Part shown: positions 48,501 to 61,501 of the stretch, piece after piece
Layout: each line of letters begins with the position of its first letter
How positions within the stretch are numbered: the first letter of the stretch is position 1
Assembly: GCA_030390025.1 (NCBI GenBank)
Contig: CM059432.1
Location: 144,462,001 to 144,526,000, forward strand
DNA from: Squalus acanthias
Lineage: Eukaryota
Reading direction: 5' to 3'
Length of the DNA: 64,000 nucleotides
The notes under the pieces: model-generated
The model's input: the letters and a program-made list of their open reading frames with translations, nothing else
Told to the model about the DNA's origin: nothing
Database searches by the model: none
Translations under genes and position numbers: made by a program

Positions 48501-51500
48501 GAGGGCGAGGAGAGAGAGGAGAGAGAGGAGAGCGAGGAGGGTGAGGAGGGCGCGGAGGGCGAGGAGAGCGAGGAGTGTGAGGACGGCGAGGAGAGTGAGG
48601 GGGGCGAGGAGGGTGAGGACGGCGAGGAGAGTGAGGGGGGCGAGGAGGGTGCGGAGGGTGAGGACGGCGAGCAGTGTGAGGAGGGTGAGCTGGTGAGGAA
48701 GGTGAGGAGAGTGAGCTGGTGAGGAAGGTGAGGAGAGTGAGGAGGGTGAGCTGGTGAGGAAGTTGATGGCCATGATTTTGCGGAGGGCGAGGAGAGCGAG
48801 GAGAGCGCGGAGGGCGAGAAGAGAGAGGAGGGCGAGGAGAGAGAGGAGGGCGAGGAGAGAGAGGAGGGCGAGGAGGGCGAGGAGAGCGAGGAGGGCGAGG
48901 AGGGCGCGGAGGGCGAGGAGAGCGCGGAGGGCGAGGAGAGCGCGGAGGGCGAGGAGAGCGAGGAGAGCGAGGAGGGCGAGGAGAGCGAGGATAGAGAGCA
49001 GGGCGAGGAGGGAGAGGAGAGAGAGAGGAGAGAGAGGAGAGTGAGGAGGGCGAGGAGGGCGAGGAGAGCGAGGAGAGCGAGGAGGGCGAGGAGGGAGAGG
49101 AGAGCGAGGAGAGCGAGGAGAGCGAGGAGGGCGAGGAGGGCGAGGAGAGAGAGGAGGGCGAGGAAAGAGAGGAGGGCGAGGAAAGAGAGGAGGGCGAGGA
49201 GAGAGAGGAGGGCGAGGAGAGCGAGGAGGGCGAAAGGGCGAGGAGAGAGAGGAGGGCGAGGAGAGAGAGGAGGACGAGGAGAGCGAGGAGGGCGAGGAGA
49301 GAGAGGAGGGCAAGGAGAGTGCGGAGGGCGAGGAGAGTGCGGAGGGCGAGGAGAGCGCGGAGGGCGAGGAGGGCGAGGAGAGCGAGGAGGGCGAGGAGAG
49401 TGCAGAGGGCGAGGAGGGCGAGGAGGGCGAGGAGAGCGCGGAGGGCGAGGAGGGCGAGGAGAGCGAGGAGAGCGCGGAGGGCGAGGAGAGCGCGGAGGGC
49501 GAGGAGAGAGAGGAGGGCGAGGAGAGAGAGGAGGGCGAGGAGAGAGAGGAGGGCGAGGAGAGAGAGGAGGGCGAGGAGAGAGAGGAGGGCTAGGAGGGTG
49601 AGGAGAGAGAGAAGAGAGGAGGGCGAGGAGAGAGAGGAGGGTGAGGAGAGAGAGGAGGGCGAGGAGAGAGAGGAGGGCGAGGAGAGAGAGGAGGGCGAGG
49701 AGAGAGAGGAGGGCGAGGAGGGCGAGGAGAGAGTGAGGAGAGTGAGGAGAGAGAGGAGAGAGAGAGGAGAGAGAGAGAGGAGAGAGAGGAGAGCGAGGAG
49801 GGCGAGGAGAGCGAGGAGGGCGAGGAGAGCGAGGAGGGCGAGGAGGGCGAGGAGAGAGAGGAGAGAGAGGAGAGAGAGGAGAGAGAGGAGGGCGAGGAGA
49901 GCGAGGAGGGCGAGGAGAGCGAGGAGAGCGAGGAGGGCGAGGAGGGCGAGGAGAGAGAGGAGAGAGAGGAGGGCGAGGAGGGCGAGGAGAGAGAGGAGGG
50001 CGAGGAGAGAGAGGAGGGCGAGGAGAGAGAGGAGGGCGAGGAGAGCGAGGAGGGCGAGGAGAGCGAGGAGGGCGAGGAGAGCGAGGAGGGCGAGGAGAGA
50101 GAGGAGGGCGAGGAGGGCGAGGAGAGAGAGGAGGGCGAGGAGAGAGAGGAGAGCGAGGAGGGCGACGAGGGCGAGGAGAGCGAGGACAGCGAGGAGGGCG
50201 AGGAGAGCGAGGAGAGCGAGGAGAGCGAGGAGGGCGAGGAGGGCGAGGAGGGCGAGGAGGGCGAGGAGAGCGAGGAGGGCGAGGAGGGCGAGGAGGGCGA
50301 GGAGAGAGAGGAGGGCGAGGAGAGAGAGGAGGGCGAGGAGAGAGAGGAGGGCGAGGAGAGAGAGGAGGGCGAGGAGAGCGAGGAGAGAGAGGAGGGCGAG
50401 GAGAGAGAGGAGGGCGAGGAGAGTGAGGGGAGAGAGAGGAGAGCGAGGAGGGCGAGAGGAGAGCGAGGAGGGCGAGGAGGGCGAGGAGAGCGAGGAGGGC
50501 GAGGAGAGAGAGGAGAGCGAGGAGGGCGAGGAGAGAGAGGAGGGCGAGGAGAGAGAGGAGAGTGAGGAGGGCGAGGAGAGCGAGGAGAGCGAGCAGGGCG
50601 AGGAGGGCGAGGAGAGCGAGGAGGGCAGGGAGAGTGAGGAGGGCGAGGAGAGTGAGGAGGGCGAGGAGAGTGAGGAGAGCGAGGAGAGAGAGGAGGGCGA
50701 GGAGAGCGAGGAGGGCGAGGAGAGCGAGGAGGGCGAGGAGGGCGAGGAGGGCGAGGAGAGCGAGGAGAGCGAGGAGGGCGAGGAGAGAGAGGAGAGCGAG
50801 GAGGGCGAGGAGAGAGAGGAGAGCGAGGAGGGCGAGGAGAGAGAGGAGAGAGCGAGGAGGGCGAGGAAGGCGAGGAGAGTGAGGAGGGCGAGGAGAGAGA
50901 GGAGAGCGAGGAGGGCGAGGAGAGAGAGGAGAGAGCGAGGAGGGCGAGGAAGGCGAGGAGAGTGAGGAGGGCGAGGAGGGCGAGGAGAGCGAGGAGGGCG
51001 AGGAGAGAGAGGAGAGCGAGGAGGGCGAGGAGAGAGAGGAGAGAGCGAGGAGGGCGAGGAAGGCGAGGAGAGTGAGGAGGGCGAGGAGGGCGAGGAGAGA
51101 GAGGAGAGCGAGGAGGGCGAGGAGAGAGAGGAGAGAGCGAGGAGGGCGAGGAAGGCGAGGAGAGTGAGGAGGGCGAGGAGAGTGAGGAGAGCGAGGAGAG
51201 CGAGGAGGGTGAGGAGGGCGCGGAGGGCGAGGAGAGCGAGGAGGGCGAGGAGAGCGAGGAGGGTGAGGACGGCGAGGAGAGTGAGGGGGGCGAGGAGGGT
51301 GCGGAGGGCGAGGAGAGTGAGGAGAGAGAGGAGAGCGAGGAGGGCGAGGAAGGCGAGGAGAGAGAGGAGAGTGAGGAGGGCGAGGAGAGTGAGGAGAGCG
51401 AGGGGGGCGAGGAGAGAGAGGAGGGTGAGGAGGGCGAGGAGAGTGAGGAGGGCGAGGAGAGTGAGGAGAGCGAGGAAGGCGAGGAGAGAGAGGAGAGTGA

Positions 51501-51710
51501 GGAGGGCGAGGAGAGTGAGGAGAGCGAGGAGAGCGAGAAGGGCGAGGAGGGTGAGGAGGGCGCGGAGGGCGAGGAGAGCGAGGAGAGCGAGGACGGCGAG
51601 GAGAGTGAGGGGGGCGAGGAGGGTGCGGAGGGTGAGGACGGCGAGCAGTGTGAGGAGGGTGAGCTGGTGAGGAAGGTGAGGAGAGTGAGGAGGGTGAGCT
51701 GGTGAGGAAG
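45595..51710. repeat. 6.1-kb purine-rich array of 9-mer variants (GAGGAGGGC / GAGGAGAGC / GAGGAGAGA / GAGGAGAGT)
   Basis: Continuous 9-bp periodicity with higher-order block repeats. Confidence 0.98.
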
Positions 51711-52850
51711 TTGATGGCCATGATTTTACACCAAGCTCAATTTAGCCTCACAAACTTTGATGACAGTTTGCCAATCGCGGCAAAAAATTTCCAGGTTACC
51801 AGAAATATGGATCTAATCACTGATTGAACGTACCAGGTACCAGACTAATCAACCCAGATAATATCCAATACAACCATACATCAAGGCTGCGTCAATATTG
51901 GTGACTGTTAACATTCAATAAATGGAGAAACATTTGTCCTACATTTAATAAAAATTCTTACCGAGGTTGAGAGAGATTTCTGTCATGTCCTTTTTGTAAC
52001 GAAGTTGCCTCTATACGAAGCGAGACCAGTGCGAGTATCCTTGGCACTCATGCAGCCAGCCGCAATTGAAGATAGAAGTGGCCAGGATATGCTAAGGTTA
52101 CTGGCTGGTGACACCCATGTCTTCTTGGCCTTAGCGAGTTCAAGTTATCATTAGGTTACAGGTGGCTGCATGTGTTGAGCACCAGGAGTGCTGGCATTGG
52201 TCTCACGTGGTATAAAAGAGATCAGATTTGTACGCCTGTTAGTAAAGAATAGGTTTACAATTTTGTTGCTCAAAGTGCACAGAGGAAAGTTCCCCCTCGG
52301 CAAGGTCTTGATGTATTTCTTCTGGAATTGCTTTTGAGTAAAAATCAACGGGCTCCAACTCGACCTCCCTTATTCTAAAAGCTCAAAAGCTGATGAACTG
52401 ATGTTACATCTAACTGTGGATCTTCATCCTAAAGGAGGCTGCAGTTCCAAATTTAGAGGAACCATTATTTCTTATATTGATACGAGGGGTTGTAAGGATT
52501 GCTGGTGCACAAGGACCTCTTGCTTCTGGCAGCAGTGAACCCGTGCTCAGGGAACTCACTAGTAATGTTCAATTCCACCCTTGCAGCATTGTGGTGTCAG
52601 GTAGATTAGTCTCCTTACACAGCATGTGATGTATGTCCCATGGAATTCAGGAGGTCCCGAGCACCCCTCAGACCGGGCTTTAATTTCCCTAATCAGTATG
52701 TAGCTCTTGTGGATGTTTTAAGAGATGTTACAACATTTTTTATGCAAGTCTGTGATTCATGGGAAACAAAGTTCTGAAAATAGCAAAATAACAACAGAAA
52801 ATGCTGGAAAAACTCAGCAGGCCAGGCAGCATCCGTGGAGAGAGAAACAG

Positions 52851-52887
52851 AGTTAACGTTTCAGGTCGAAGACCTTTCGTCAGAACT
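52851..52887 (-). ncRNA. Minimal hammerhead motif (left arm)
   Basis: Minus strand AGTT-CTGACGA-AAGGTCTTCGACCT-GAAA-CGTT-AACT. Confidence 0.8.
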
Positions 52888-53251
52888 GGAAAAAAGCAGG
52901 AAATGAAATAGATTTAAAGCAAGTATAAAGCTGGGAAAACCTCGGCCCCTATCACATTTATATTTTTTTATTTTATTTTTTCATCCACCCTTTTGTTTGG
53001 CCTTTTTTTTCCCCCTCCCAGAAGCTGGCAGCTGTCCTTCATTCTGCCAGCACATCTCACACTTCATCTCAGCCTCAACCTGTCACATTAACACCTCCTC
53101 TTGCCTTGATTATCTCCTAATGTCTCTCAATGCCTCTTAATCTCTCCTGCTTTCTATCCCACCACTGACCTTCCCCTTTGTTCTTCCATCCCCTCCCCCT
53201 TTTCCCAGCTTTATCCTTGCTTTAAATCTATTTCATTTCCTGCTTTTTTCC

Positions 53252-53288
53252 AGTTCTGACGAAGGGTCTTCGACCTGAAACGTTAACT
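53252..53288 (+). ncRNA. Minimal hammerhead motif (right arm)
   Basis: AGTT-CTGACGA-AGGGTCTTCGACCT-GAAA-CGTT-AACT. Confidence 0.8.
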
Positions 53289-53693
53289 CTGTTTCTCTCT
53301 CCACGGATGCTGCCTGGCCTGCTGAGTTTTTCCAGCGTTTTCTGTTGTTATTTCGGATTTCCAGCATCCGCAGTATTTTGCTATCTGAAAATAGCAGATG
53401 GGGCAGGGATGCAATATTTACAAGTGCCTCCACACTTCTGGAAAACAAAGTTCTAACTGCTGCTTACTGTGGGCCCGGACTAGATGGGGAAGTCACAACC
53501 TTTCCGAAAGAGGCACGTGGAATAAACAAGAATGGTCACTGGTAACTATCCTGGTGAATTTACGGCTCTCTGCAAACCTTAACCCCCACCCCCACCGCCC
53601 CATTTACACAGTACAACACTGGGTAAAAATAGGCTGTTAAACTGAACTGTTCTGATGAAATAAACAGATTTTCATTTGCTGAAGTGAGATTTA

Positions 53694-54148
53694 GAAAGAA
53701 AAGAAAGAACTTGCATTCCTATAGCAACTTTCACAACTTCAGGACATCCCAAAGCACTTCACAGACAATGATAAACTTTTGAAGTGCAGTTACTGTTGTT
53801 TCATAGACAAACACAGCAACCAATTTTGAACACAGCAAGGTCCCACAAACAGTAATGAAATAAATGACCAGTTAATGGTGGTGGTGGTTAAGAGATAAAT
53901 ATTGGCCAGGATACCAGGGAAAACTCCCCTGCTCTTCTTTGAATAGTGGCCGTGGGATCTTTGACGCCCACCTGAGATAGCAGACTTGAGATATCAACCG
54001 AAAGACGGCACCTCCGACAGTGCAGCGCTCCCTCAGTACTGCACTGGAGTGTCAGCCTAAGATTATGTGCTTAAGTCTCTGGAGTGGGACTCAAACCCAA
54101 AACCTTTTGACTCAGAGGCAAGAGAGTGCTACCCTCTGAGCCACGGCT
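53694..54148 (-). mobile_element. Full-length DeuSINE-like SINE
   Basis: Head gccgtggctcagagggtagc with B-box-like gggtttgagtccc, same core as other copies, (ttct)n tail. Confidence 0.85.
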
Positions 54149-55701
54149 AATCAGGCTTCAAAAAACCATTGTATGCGTTAGCAACAACTTGCATTCATAC
54201 AACACCTTCAATGCACAAAATGCCCCAAGGAACTTTATAGATAGGAATAGGTAGGGGAGCACATGCAGAGCCATGGGGTGAGAGAGTAGAAGGGGTGAGC
54301 AAAAGATGGGTTTTCAGCAGGTATTATTGCTAAAGTTATTTTGCACACAGTACAGGTCTGGAGACATCTGTCTCACCATCAGTCTTCAGGTACCGTTGAG
54401 GAATTCTTTTAAAAGTCACTAACAAAGAAGTAGGGTTAACGCAACCTTCTCTCCATTCTGGTTTATTATAAAAATATTTCTGTAAGTGCTGAAAATAGGT
54501 GTTGACTTGTGCAAAAGACTGGGGGACGCAATTGAGGCAGTCAGACAGGCGGGTTACTAGTAACAGAAACATAACCACCAGCAAGCCACCACCTCTGACT
54601 GCAGACAGGAGTGGGAGGATAGTTTGGTTTCATCAGCTGAATTCAATATTATCATACAACCAATTAATCCTTAAATTGTTTGATCCATTTAATTAAACTC
54701 ATTCACTTTCATGCAGTTTGTTTTTGGGCTGTGCAAAAATTCCTGAGAGTCCGTACTCAACTCACACAAAACACGGCACTGTTCAGTATTAGTGTCGATT
54801 ATAACAATAATTCTGATGCTTTATAGATGCAATACTGATTTACTGACAAAATGTTTTTCTCAGATACAAATTTCTGATTAGAAATCAGATCAAGGGGAAA
54901 TTCAAATCTCAGGACTCCCACTATCATTATTTGTGGGATTCCCAGCATTACTGAGTAGGCAGATCCCAAAGGTCACTCGAGGTCACAGGTATTTTGTCAA
55001 AATTCTATACCCTCGTACCCTCTTTATGCCCCCCTCTTGTACTTGATTCACCCTCTCCCCCACCTTCACTACTCCCAGGCCCCTTCTCCCCGCTGTTCTT
55101 TGTTCCCCAGCCTTCTCCCCCTGATGTGCTCTACTCCCGACTCCTACCATGCTCCTCCATCCTGCCTCACACCTCCTACCCCTCACCTTGCCTGGCCTGG
55201 CCCTCAACCACTATCTGCCTGCTCCCTGCCACACTCTACTTCCTGCCCCCCCCCCCCTCTCCCTTCGTGCACCATTCCCCATTTTGGAATGAGACATATG
55301 CATTGGACTGACAGACGACACTTTGTGCCGCGCAGTCCTAGGCCGAGTACCTGGTGTATGGTACTGTTGGGTGGTCTTTGCTTGCCAGATTCCATACAGT
55401 GTGCCATCTCCTTCTGAATGTTTCCAAGTTGTGCAAGTAGTGTACACAGCGCTGAGCCTGATCACCACCTGGTGCCAGGAATGGTGCCAAACCCAGTAAT
55501 TCTTCGCACACCCACCTCACACATTTCCACAGCTATCTAACAGTGTGTTGGGAGCTGCATTGTTCCATCACTTCCACCTCCTTTTTTTTGCTTGCTTTTC
55601 ACTTCATTTTCACCTCTTTACCCACCCCGCCCCATGTACTCATTGTAGGGTATAAATCTATAGAGAAGCAAAATAAATCAGCAGATAAAGAGAAACACAT
55701 T

Positions 55702-56147
55702 GGGCTGGATATTGATACTGGGGCGGGCTGGGGACGTGTTATCCACCCGACTGCAATTGGATGTGGGAGATTGATGCGATTTTCACCTAACTGGGCAATT
55801 GATTATTTTTCGTTGTAATAGTGGACCTGATAGTCAGCTATCCAAATGTGCTACCGCCAGGTTTCACATTCGTGGTTCAGAACAGGCATGCTTCACGTAG
55901 AAAAAGGGTTAAAATCACAAAGGCCTTTCAAAATGGCATTATAGAGCCAATTTAGTGCTTGTTAAGGGCCTTAACAGCCTATCCCGCCTCTTAGAGACGG
56001 GACGGAGTCGGGACCAGCAGACACGATTTAATGAAAATTGCGTGGATGCAGGATGGAGGCGGGCTTGTGCCCGCCCGCCAGTTTTCACAATTTTAACCCC
56101 CCACACGCCTCCAAACCCACCTCCACGGGTCAATGAAAATTCTGCCC
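55702..56147. mobile_element. 446-bp Harbinger-type MITE
   Basis: TIR GGGCTGGATATTGAT versus GGGCAGAATTTTCAT; ATT duplication (55699-55701, 56148-56150); the first about 100 bp are homologous to the element starting at 62054. Confidence 0.82.
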
Positions 56148-56809
56148 ATTATGTTCGTTGGTACTTTAAATAATTTTTTGGGACTAAATGAATAGTGTTT
56201 TGAAATGGGTCCTTTTCCAGTGTTCTTTAACTCAGGCTGTAACATCAGTGCTCAGCAAGCCTGAAACGGAAACTGTAAAAAGTAAACTAAAGGTATGATC
56301 AAAACCTTACAGTGCTTATCACAGCCCGAGAGGCTCCTGGACACAGAACTGTCAATCAATCCAGGTCATAGACACAGTGGTGAGAGATGGTTGCATTCCA
56401 TGTTGATGAGCATCGACAAAGGGTGCTTGCCTTATCCAAGAATCGCTGGAGCAGTCCAGCGTTTGTAAAACAAAGGCTTGTTCTAATGGCTTTGTCTCTA
56501 GAGATATGACTATGTCTGTAAACTCACATTCTATAACACCTGCCTGATAGTAATCTACAAATAAAATCGCCATTGTTCTTCAAAGGATCCATGATTTGGT
56601 TATTGTTCAAAAGCTACCAGAAACAATCAGGAACAATTTAACACGCAGTGACTTCAGACAAGATTGTATGTTGGTTCTATCCTCCCTCTCTCTCCTACTC
56701 GCTCCCCAAATAAAAATCCCTTCCAAAATGTAGTCAACAGAAATTACTTTAAATTTGCCATACTTAGTCTGACTAAAATTTCATATGAAAATATATCGCT
56801 TATAACTTG

Positions 56810-57316
56810 GTGCTGAACTCGTACCAAGTCCCATTCACCCATCTCCCCTGTGCTTGCTGACCTACATTGGCTCCTGGTTAAGCAACGACTCGATTTCAAA
56901 ATTCTCATCCTTGTTTTCAAATCCCTCCATGGCCTCACCCCTCCCTATCTCTGTAATCTCCTTCAGCCCCACAAACCCCCCCCCCCCCCCCCCCCAAGAT
57001 ATCTGCGCTCCTCTAATTCTGCCCTCTTGCACATCCCTGATTATAATCGCTCAACCTTTGGTGGCCGTGCGTTCTGTTGCCTAGGTCCTAAGCTCTGGAA
57101 TTCCCTGTCTAAACCTCTCCGCCTCTCTACCTCTCTTTCCCTCTTTAAGACGCTCCTTAAAACCTACCTCTTTGACCAAGCTTTTGGTCACCTGCCCTAA
57201 TTTCTCCTTATGTGGCTCATTGTCAAATTATTTGTCTTATAATACTCCTGTGAAGCGCCTTGGGACGTTTTACGATGTTAAAGGCGCTATATAAATACAA
57301 ATTGTTGTTGTTGTTG
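56810..57316 (+). mobile_element. L2 LINE 3' fragment with (TTG)n tail
   Basis: LADLHWLLVKQRLDFKILILVFKSLHG...FKTLLKTYLFDQAF*; aggcgctatataaata. Confidence 0.9.
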
Positions 57317-57685
57317 AATGGCGTTTACATCAGTCACAAAGTTGTTTTCTCTGATCGGTTTTCTCCTCTCCTCACCTTGCCTGGGTAGTTGGCCATTCTT
57401 TTTGCCTCTTCCAAGTGGTTATTTTCCCCATGTGTGATCCTAGGCAGTGACTATCCACATCCTTTCTGACTGCGGAGAGGAATCACAACCTGATTCTCTC
57501 TTCACCTGATGCCCTCAAAGTCGCACTTCCAGCAGGGTTATTGAGTGCTAATCCCCCGCCTTCCAAACGCAGGGGCTCTGAGACCACTTGAAGTGGCTCT
57601 CCTACTGCCCCGGCTAAAATCAGCAAACTCAACACAGATCAGGAATCGGACCTGGGTCCTTGTTAGTCTATATTGCTCAAAAGCT

Positions 57686-57969
57686 CCTCCAATTCTGGCC
57701 TCTTGCGCATCCCCGATTTTAATCGCTCCATCATTGACGGCCATGCCTTCTGTAGCCTAGGCCACAAGCTCTCCCTCCCTAAACCTCTCCACCTCTCCCT
57801 TCTCCTTTAAAGACGCTCCTTAAAACCTTCCTTTTTGACCAAACTTTTGATCACCTGTCCTAATATCTCCTTATGTGGCTCGGTGCCAAATTTTGTCCGA
57901 TTATGCGCTTGTGAAGCATCTTGGGATGTTTTACTATGTTAAAGGCGCTATATAAATGCAAGTTGTTGT
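57686..57969 (+). mobile_element. L2 LINE 3' fragment
   Basis: Homologous to 57010-57310. Confidence 0.85.
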
Positions 57970-58719
57970 ATAGCTCCGCTACTCACTGATACGTTCATTA
58001 GGATGTTTGGGGAGTCGTATCTTTCTGTTTTTTTAACCATGCTAAGATGAGCTGCCAAATCAAATCAACTGAAAGCCAGGTTTAATAACTCCCGTCTTAC
58101 ATTCACACACTCACAGGTATCACTCTTTTGCCTAAATATGAAGTTTTTGTGAGACATCCAACTGATTGCTGGCCATCCCTCACTGTGATGTAATACTTGA
58201 TGCACCATATTTACTGAAATGAATGGCTCCAAATGCAACTTCACCTGAGATGTTCTATTCTTTGTTTATCCAAATTAATTGTTTTCTTGTCAGTCTTTGT
58301 AAATTCAGTCTTGCATATTTCCTGCTTTGCTATTACATGTTACCCATGCCATATTTTGCCCTGATTAAATACCATTAATATTCTGCGGCAAAGCTGTTCT
58401 GTGGAACACTTTTCACCTGTTCACATTCATTTTCCCGGTTTCCTTTGAAGAGTTCAAAAGCATTTTTGTGAGTGTGTGTGGGGCTACTCTCTGTTTGAAT
58501 TGACTGTCAGAGCTTTCAAACTGATGATCACACAATACACACCTCACTGGGTGCAGTATATCTTTACTCAACGCTACAACTTAAATAAAACATTCTCGAG
58601 GTTCCCACATATAAACGGCAGCTCGAAGCAGGCCTTGAGGTAGGGGCATCTTTAATATTGCAGTTGCTTTGGATCAGAAACAGGTTACGAAGCAGGATTG
58701 GACACCGTGCAGCTCCTCT

Positions 58720-59060
58720 ACCCCCTACTGACACTCACCCTCGACTGACTCTCTCCCCATTCCTCTCTCCACACTCCTCTCACCACACTCTTCTCTCCAC
58801 ACTCCTCTCCTCCCACTCCTCTCTCCTCTCCTCCCACTCCTCTCTCCCCGACTGACTCTCCCCACTCCTCTCTCTCTCCCCCGACTGACTCATCTCCCCC
58901 GACTGACCCTCTCCCCACTCCTCTATCCCGACTGACCCTCTCCCCACTCCTCTCCTCCCACTCCTCTATCCCCGACTGACTCTCTCCCTCTACTGACTGT
59001 CTCCTCGACTGCATCTCTCCCGACTCCTCTCTCCCCTACTGACTCTCTCACGACTGCTCT
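58720..59060. repeat. CT-rich degenerate minisatellite (GACTGACTCTCTCCCCACTCCTCTCTCCCC-like)
   Basis: Repeated gactgactct and ccactcctct motifs. Confidence 0.85.
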
Positions 59061-59750
59061 TTCACCGTGTCTCCTTACTTTTTCACCTCTTTCTGTCCTG
59101 CTCGTCTATTCAGTGCCTTTTTCCCAAGACAGTTCTTTTATACAACCTAGGGTGTTACTCTATCTCTGTTGGCAGTTAGCACAAGAATCTTAGTTCTAGT
59201 ACCGTGGCTTCCCTCCTCGTGCCTGGCCCTAAACTGGTATCATTGTTTTGTGATGTATTATCTGTATCTCTCTAAAATTATCAGCTTTCTACCTCTCTAC
59301 ATATCTCCCTGCTTCTCTACAAACAAAAAATATTCCAAGAAACATACAGTAATTTCCTTTATAAACACTTTTATCAATCTGGAGCTCGAAGCCACACATG
59401 CATTATCAATGAAACAAGTAAGTCGCTTGGCATTTTTGCCAAACTATATCACGTAATGTCATCGTAGACCACGGAGAACCCAGTAGAGAGAAGACACGGA
59501 ACAAAATGAGGCCACTTGACCCATTCTCTCTGGACAATGTACAGTCTGCTCCACCATGGGATCTACTCGACATGGCGAGCCCTGTGAGGGGACTGACCAA
59601 TCACAGGTAAACCACTGGGAAAGTTCTTCTTCCTCGAAGATAATCTCCAGGGTATTAATTCAATCGTACACTCACCCCATTCAACTTTGTCCCACTCACA
59701 CTCCAAAAATGTCACATCCATGGTCTCGATCACATGTTTTCTCCACTGTT

Positions 59751-60497
59751 AGATTGGGAAAAGGGGAAGTGCAACGAGACCTGGGTGTCCTTGTGCACCA
59801 GTCGCTGAAGGTAAGCATGCAGGTGCAGCAGGTGGTTAAGAAGGCAAATGGTATGTTGGCCTTCATAGCGAGAGGATTCGAGTACAGGAGCAAGGATGTC
59901 TTGCTGCAGTTGTACAGGGCCTTGGTGAGACCACACCTTGAGTATTGTGTGCAGTTTTGGTCGCCTTATCTGAGGAAGGATGTTCTTGCCATGGAGGGAG
60001 TGCAGCGAAGATTTACCAGACTGATACCTGGGATGGCAGGAATGAAGTATGAAGAGAGATTAGGTCGATTAGGCTTATATTCGCTAGAGTTTAGAAGAAT
60101 GAGAGGGGATCTCATTGAAACTTATAAAATTCTAACAGGACTAGACAGACTAGATGCAGGAAGGATGTTTCCGATGGTGGGGGTGTCCAGTACCAGGGGT
60201 CACAGTCTAAGGATAAGGGGTAAGCCATTTAGGACTGAGATGAGGAGGAATTTCTTCACCCAGAGAGTGGTGAACCTGTGGAATTCTCTACCACAGAAGG
60301 CAGTTGAGGCCAATTCATTAAATATATTCAAGAAGGAGTTGGATATATTTCTTAAGGCTAAAGGGATCAAGGGATATGGGGAGAAAGCAGGGACAGGGTA
60401 CTGAATTTGGATGATCAGCCATGATCTCATTAAATGGCGGAACAGGCTCGAGGGGCCGAATGGCCTACTCCTGCTCCTATCTTCTATGTTTCCATGT
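59751..60497 (+). mobile_element. 5'-truncated CR1 LINE 3' end
   Basis: Open frame EVQRDLGVLVHQSLK...GIKGYGEKAGTGY* (stop at 60404), CR1 3' hairpin and tail. Confidence 0.93.
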
Positions 60498-60614
60498 TAC
60501 ATTACAACAGTGACTCCACTTCAAAAAAAGGGCTTCATTGGCTGTAAAGCACTTTGGGACGTCCGGTGGTCGTGAAAGGCGCTATATAAATGCAAGTCTT
60601 TTCTTTCTTTCTTC
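60498..60614 (+). mobile_element. SINE 3' tail fragment
   Basis: acattacaacagtgactccacttcaaaa...gaaaggcgctatataaatgcaagtctt(ttct)n. Confidence 0.8.
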
Positions 60615-61032
60615 TCCTGAAGGCACCAATTCCTTGTTGGGTCTAGTCCCACCTATTCCACCTGCCCACCAGCACCTCGTCTAAGTGGCCACTATTTATA
60701 TGGGAACAATAGCAGTAGGGAAAGGGCAGGGGGGTAATTTTGCGAGACGAGGTTCCCAGCACAGAGCCTCACCAGTGTGGCAAATGCATCAACAATACAA
60801 CTGTAACATCATTGCCACGATTTCCCCATCAGTATTGCTGCTAGCAACACTCCATGCTGGGATCACTGCACAACAAAATTACAAAGCTGTTTTACCACAC
60901 AGGCATCGCAGTCATGCCTGGTCTTGTCCTCACTCAATGTCCACGTGCACACACTTCCAGCAAGGGTTTCTGAATAGTGATCAGGAGCGAGAACCAGGGC
61001 CAGATTTTCCCTCCAAGTCAACGGTGCTGAGA

Positions 61033-61501
61033 CCTGCTGCTGCACCCCTGCTGCTGCACTTCTGCTGCTGCACTTCTACTGCACTACTGCTGCTGCACTT
61101 CTACTGCTGCTGCACCCCTGCTGCTGCACTTCTACTGCTGCACTACTGCTGCTGCACTTCTACTGCTGCACCCCTGCTGCTGCACTCCTGCTGCTGCACT
61201 ACTGCTGCTGCACTTCTACTGCTGCACCCCTGCTGCTGCACTTCTACTGTTGCACCTCTACTGCTGCTGCACTTCTACTGTTGCACCTCTACTGCTGCTA
61301 CACTTCTACTGCTGCACTTCTACTGCTGCACCCCTGCTGCTGCACTTCTACTGTTGCACCTCTACTGCTGCTACACTTCTACTGCTGCACTTCTACTGCT
61401 GCACTTCTACTGCTACACTTCTACTGCTGCACTTCTACTGCTGCACTTCTACTGCTACACTTCTACTGCTGCACCCCTGCTGCTGCACCTCTGCTACTGC
61501 A
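61033..61501. repeat. CTG-rich minisatellite (CTGCTGCACTTCTA-like, 12-18 bp variants)
   Basis: Tandem ctgctgcac-based units. Confidence 0.93.

Larger units (their letters stand above)
52786..53383 (+). mobile_element. Short Penelope derivative with inverted terminal repeats (about 155 bp), no ORF
   Basis: 52786-52939 is the reverse complement of about 53200-53353; both match the Penelope end at 31286-31430; TCTGAAAATAGCA at 52773-52785 and 53384-53396. Confidence 0.9.

Noticed and set aside
45536..51721. 2061-aa ORF and overlapping Arg/Glu/Pro/Ser/Leu-rich ORFs
   Set aside because: Produced by a stop-free 9-mer array; open in several frames on both strands with no domain content.
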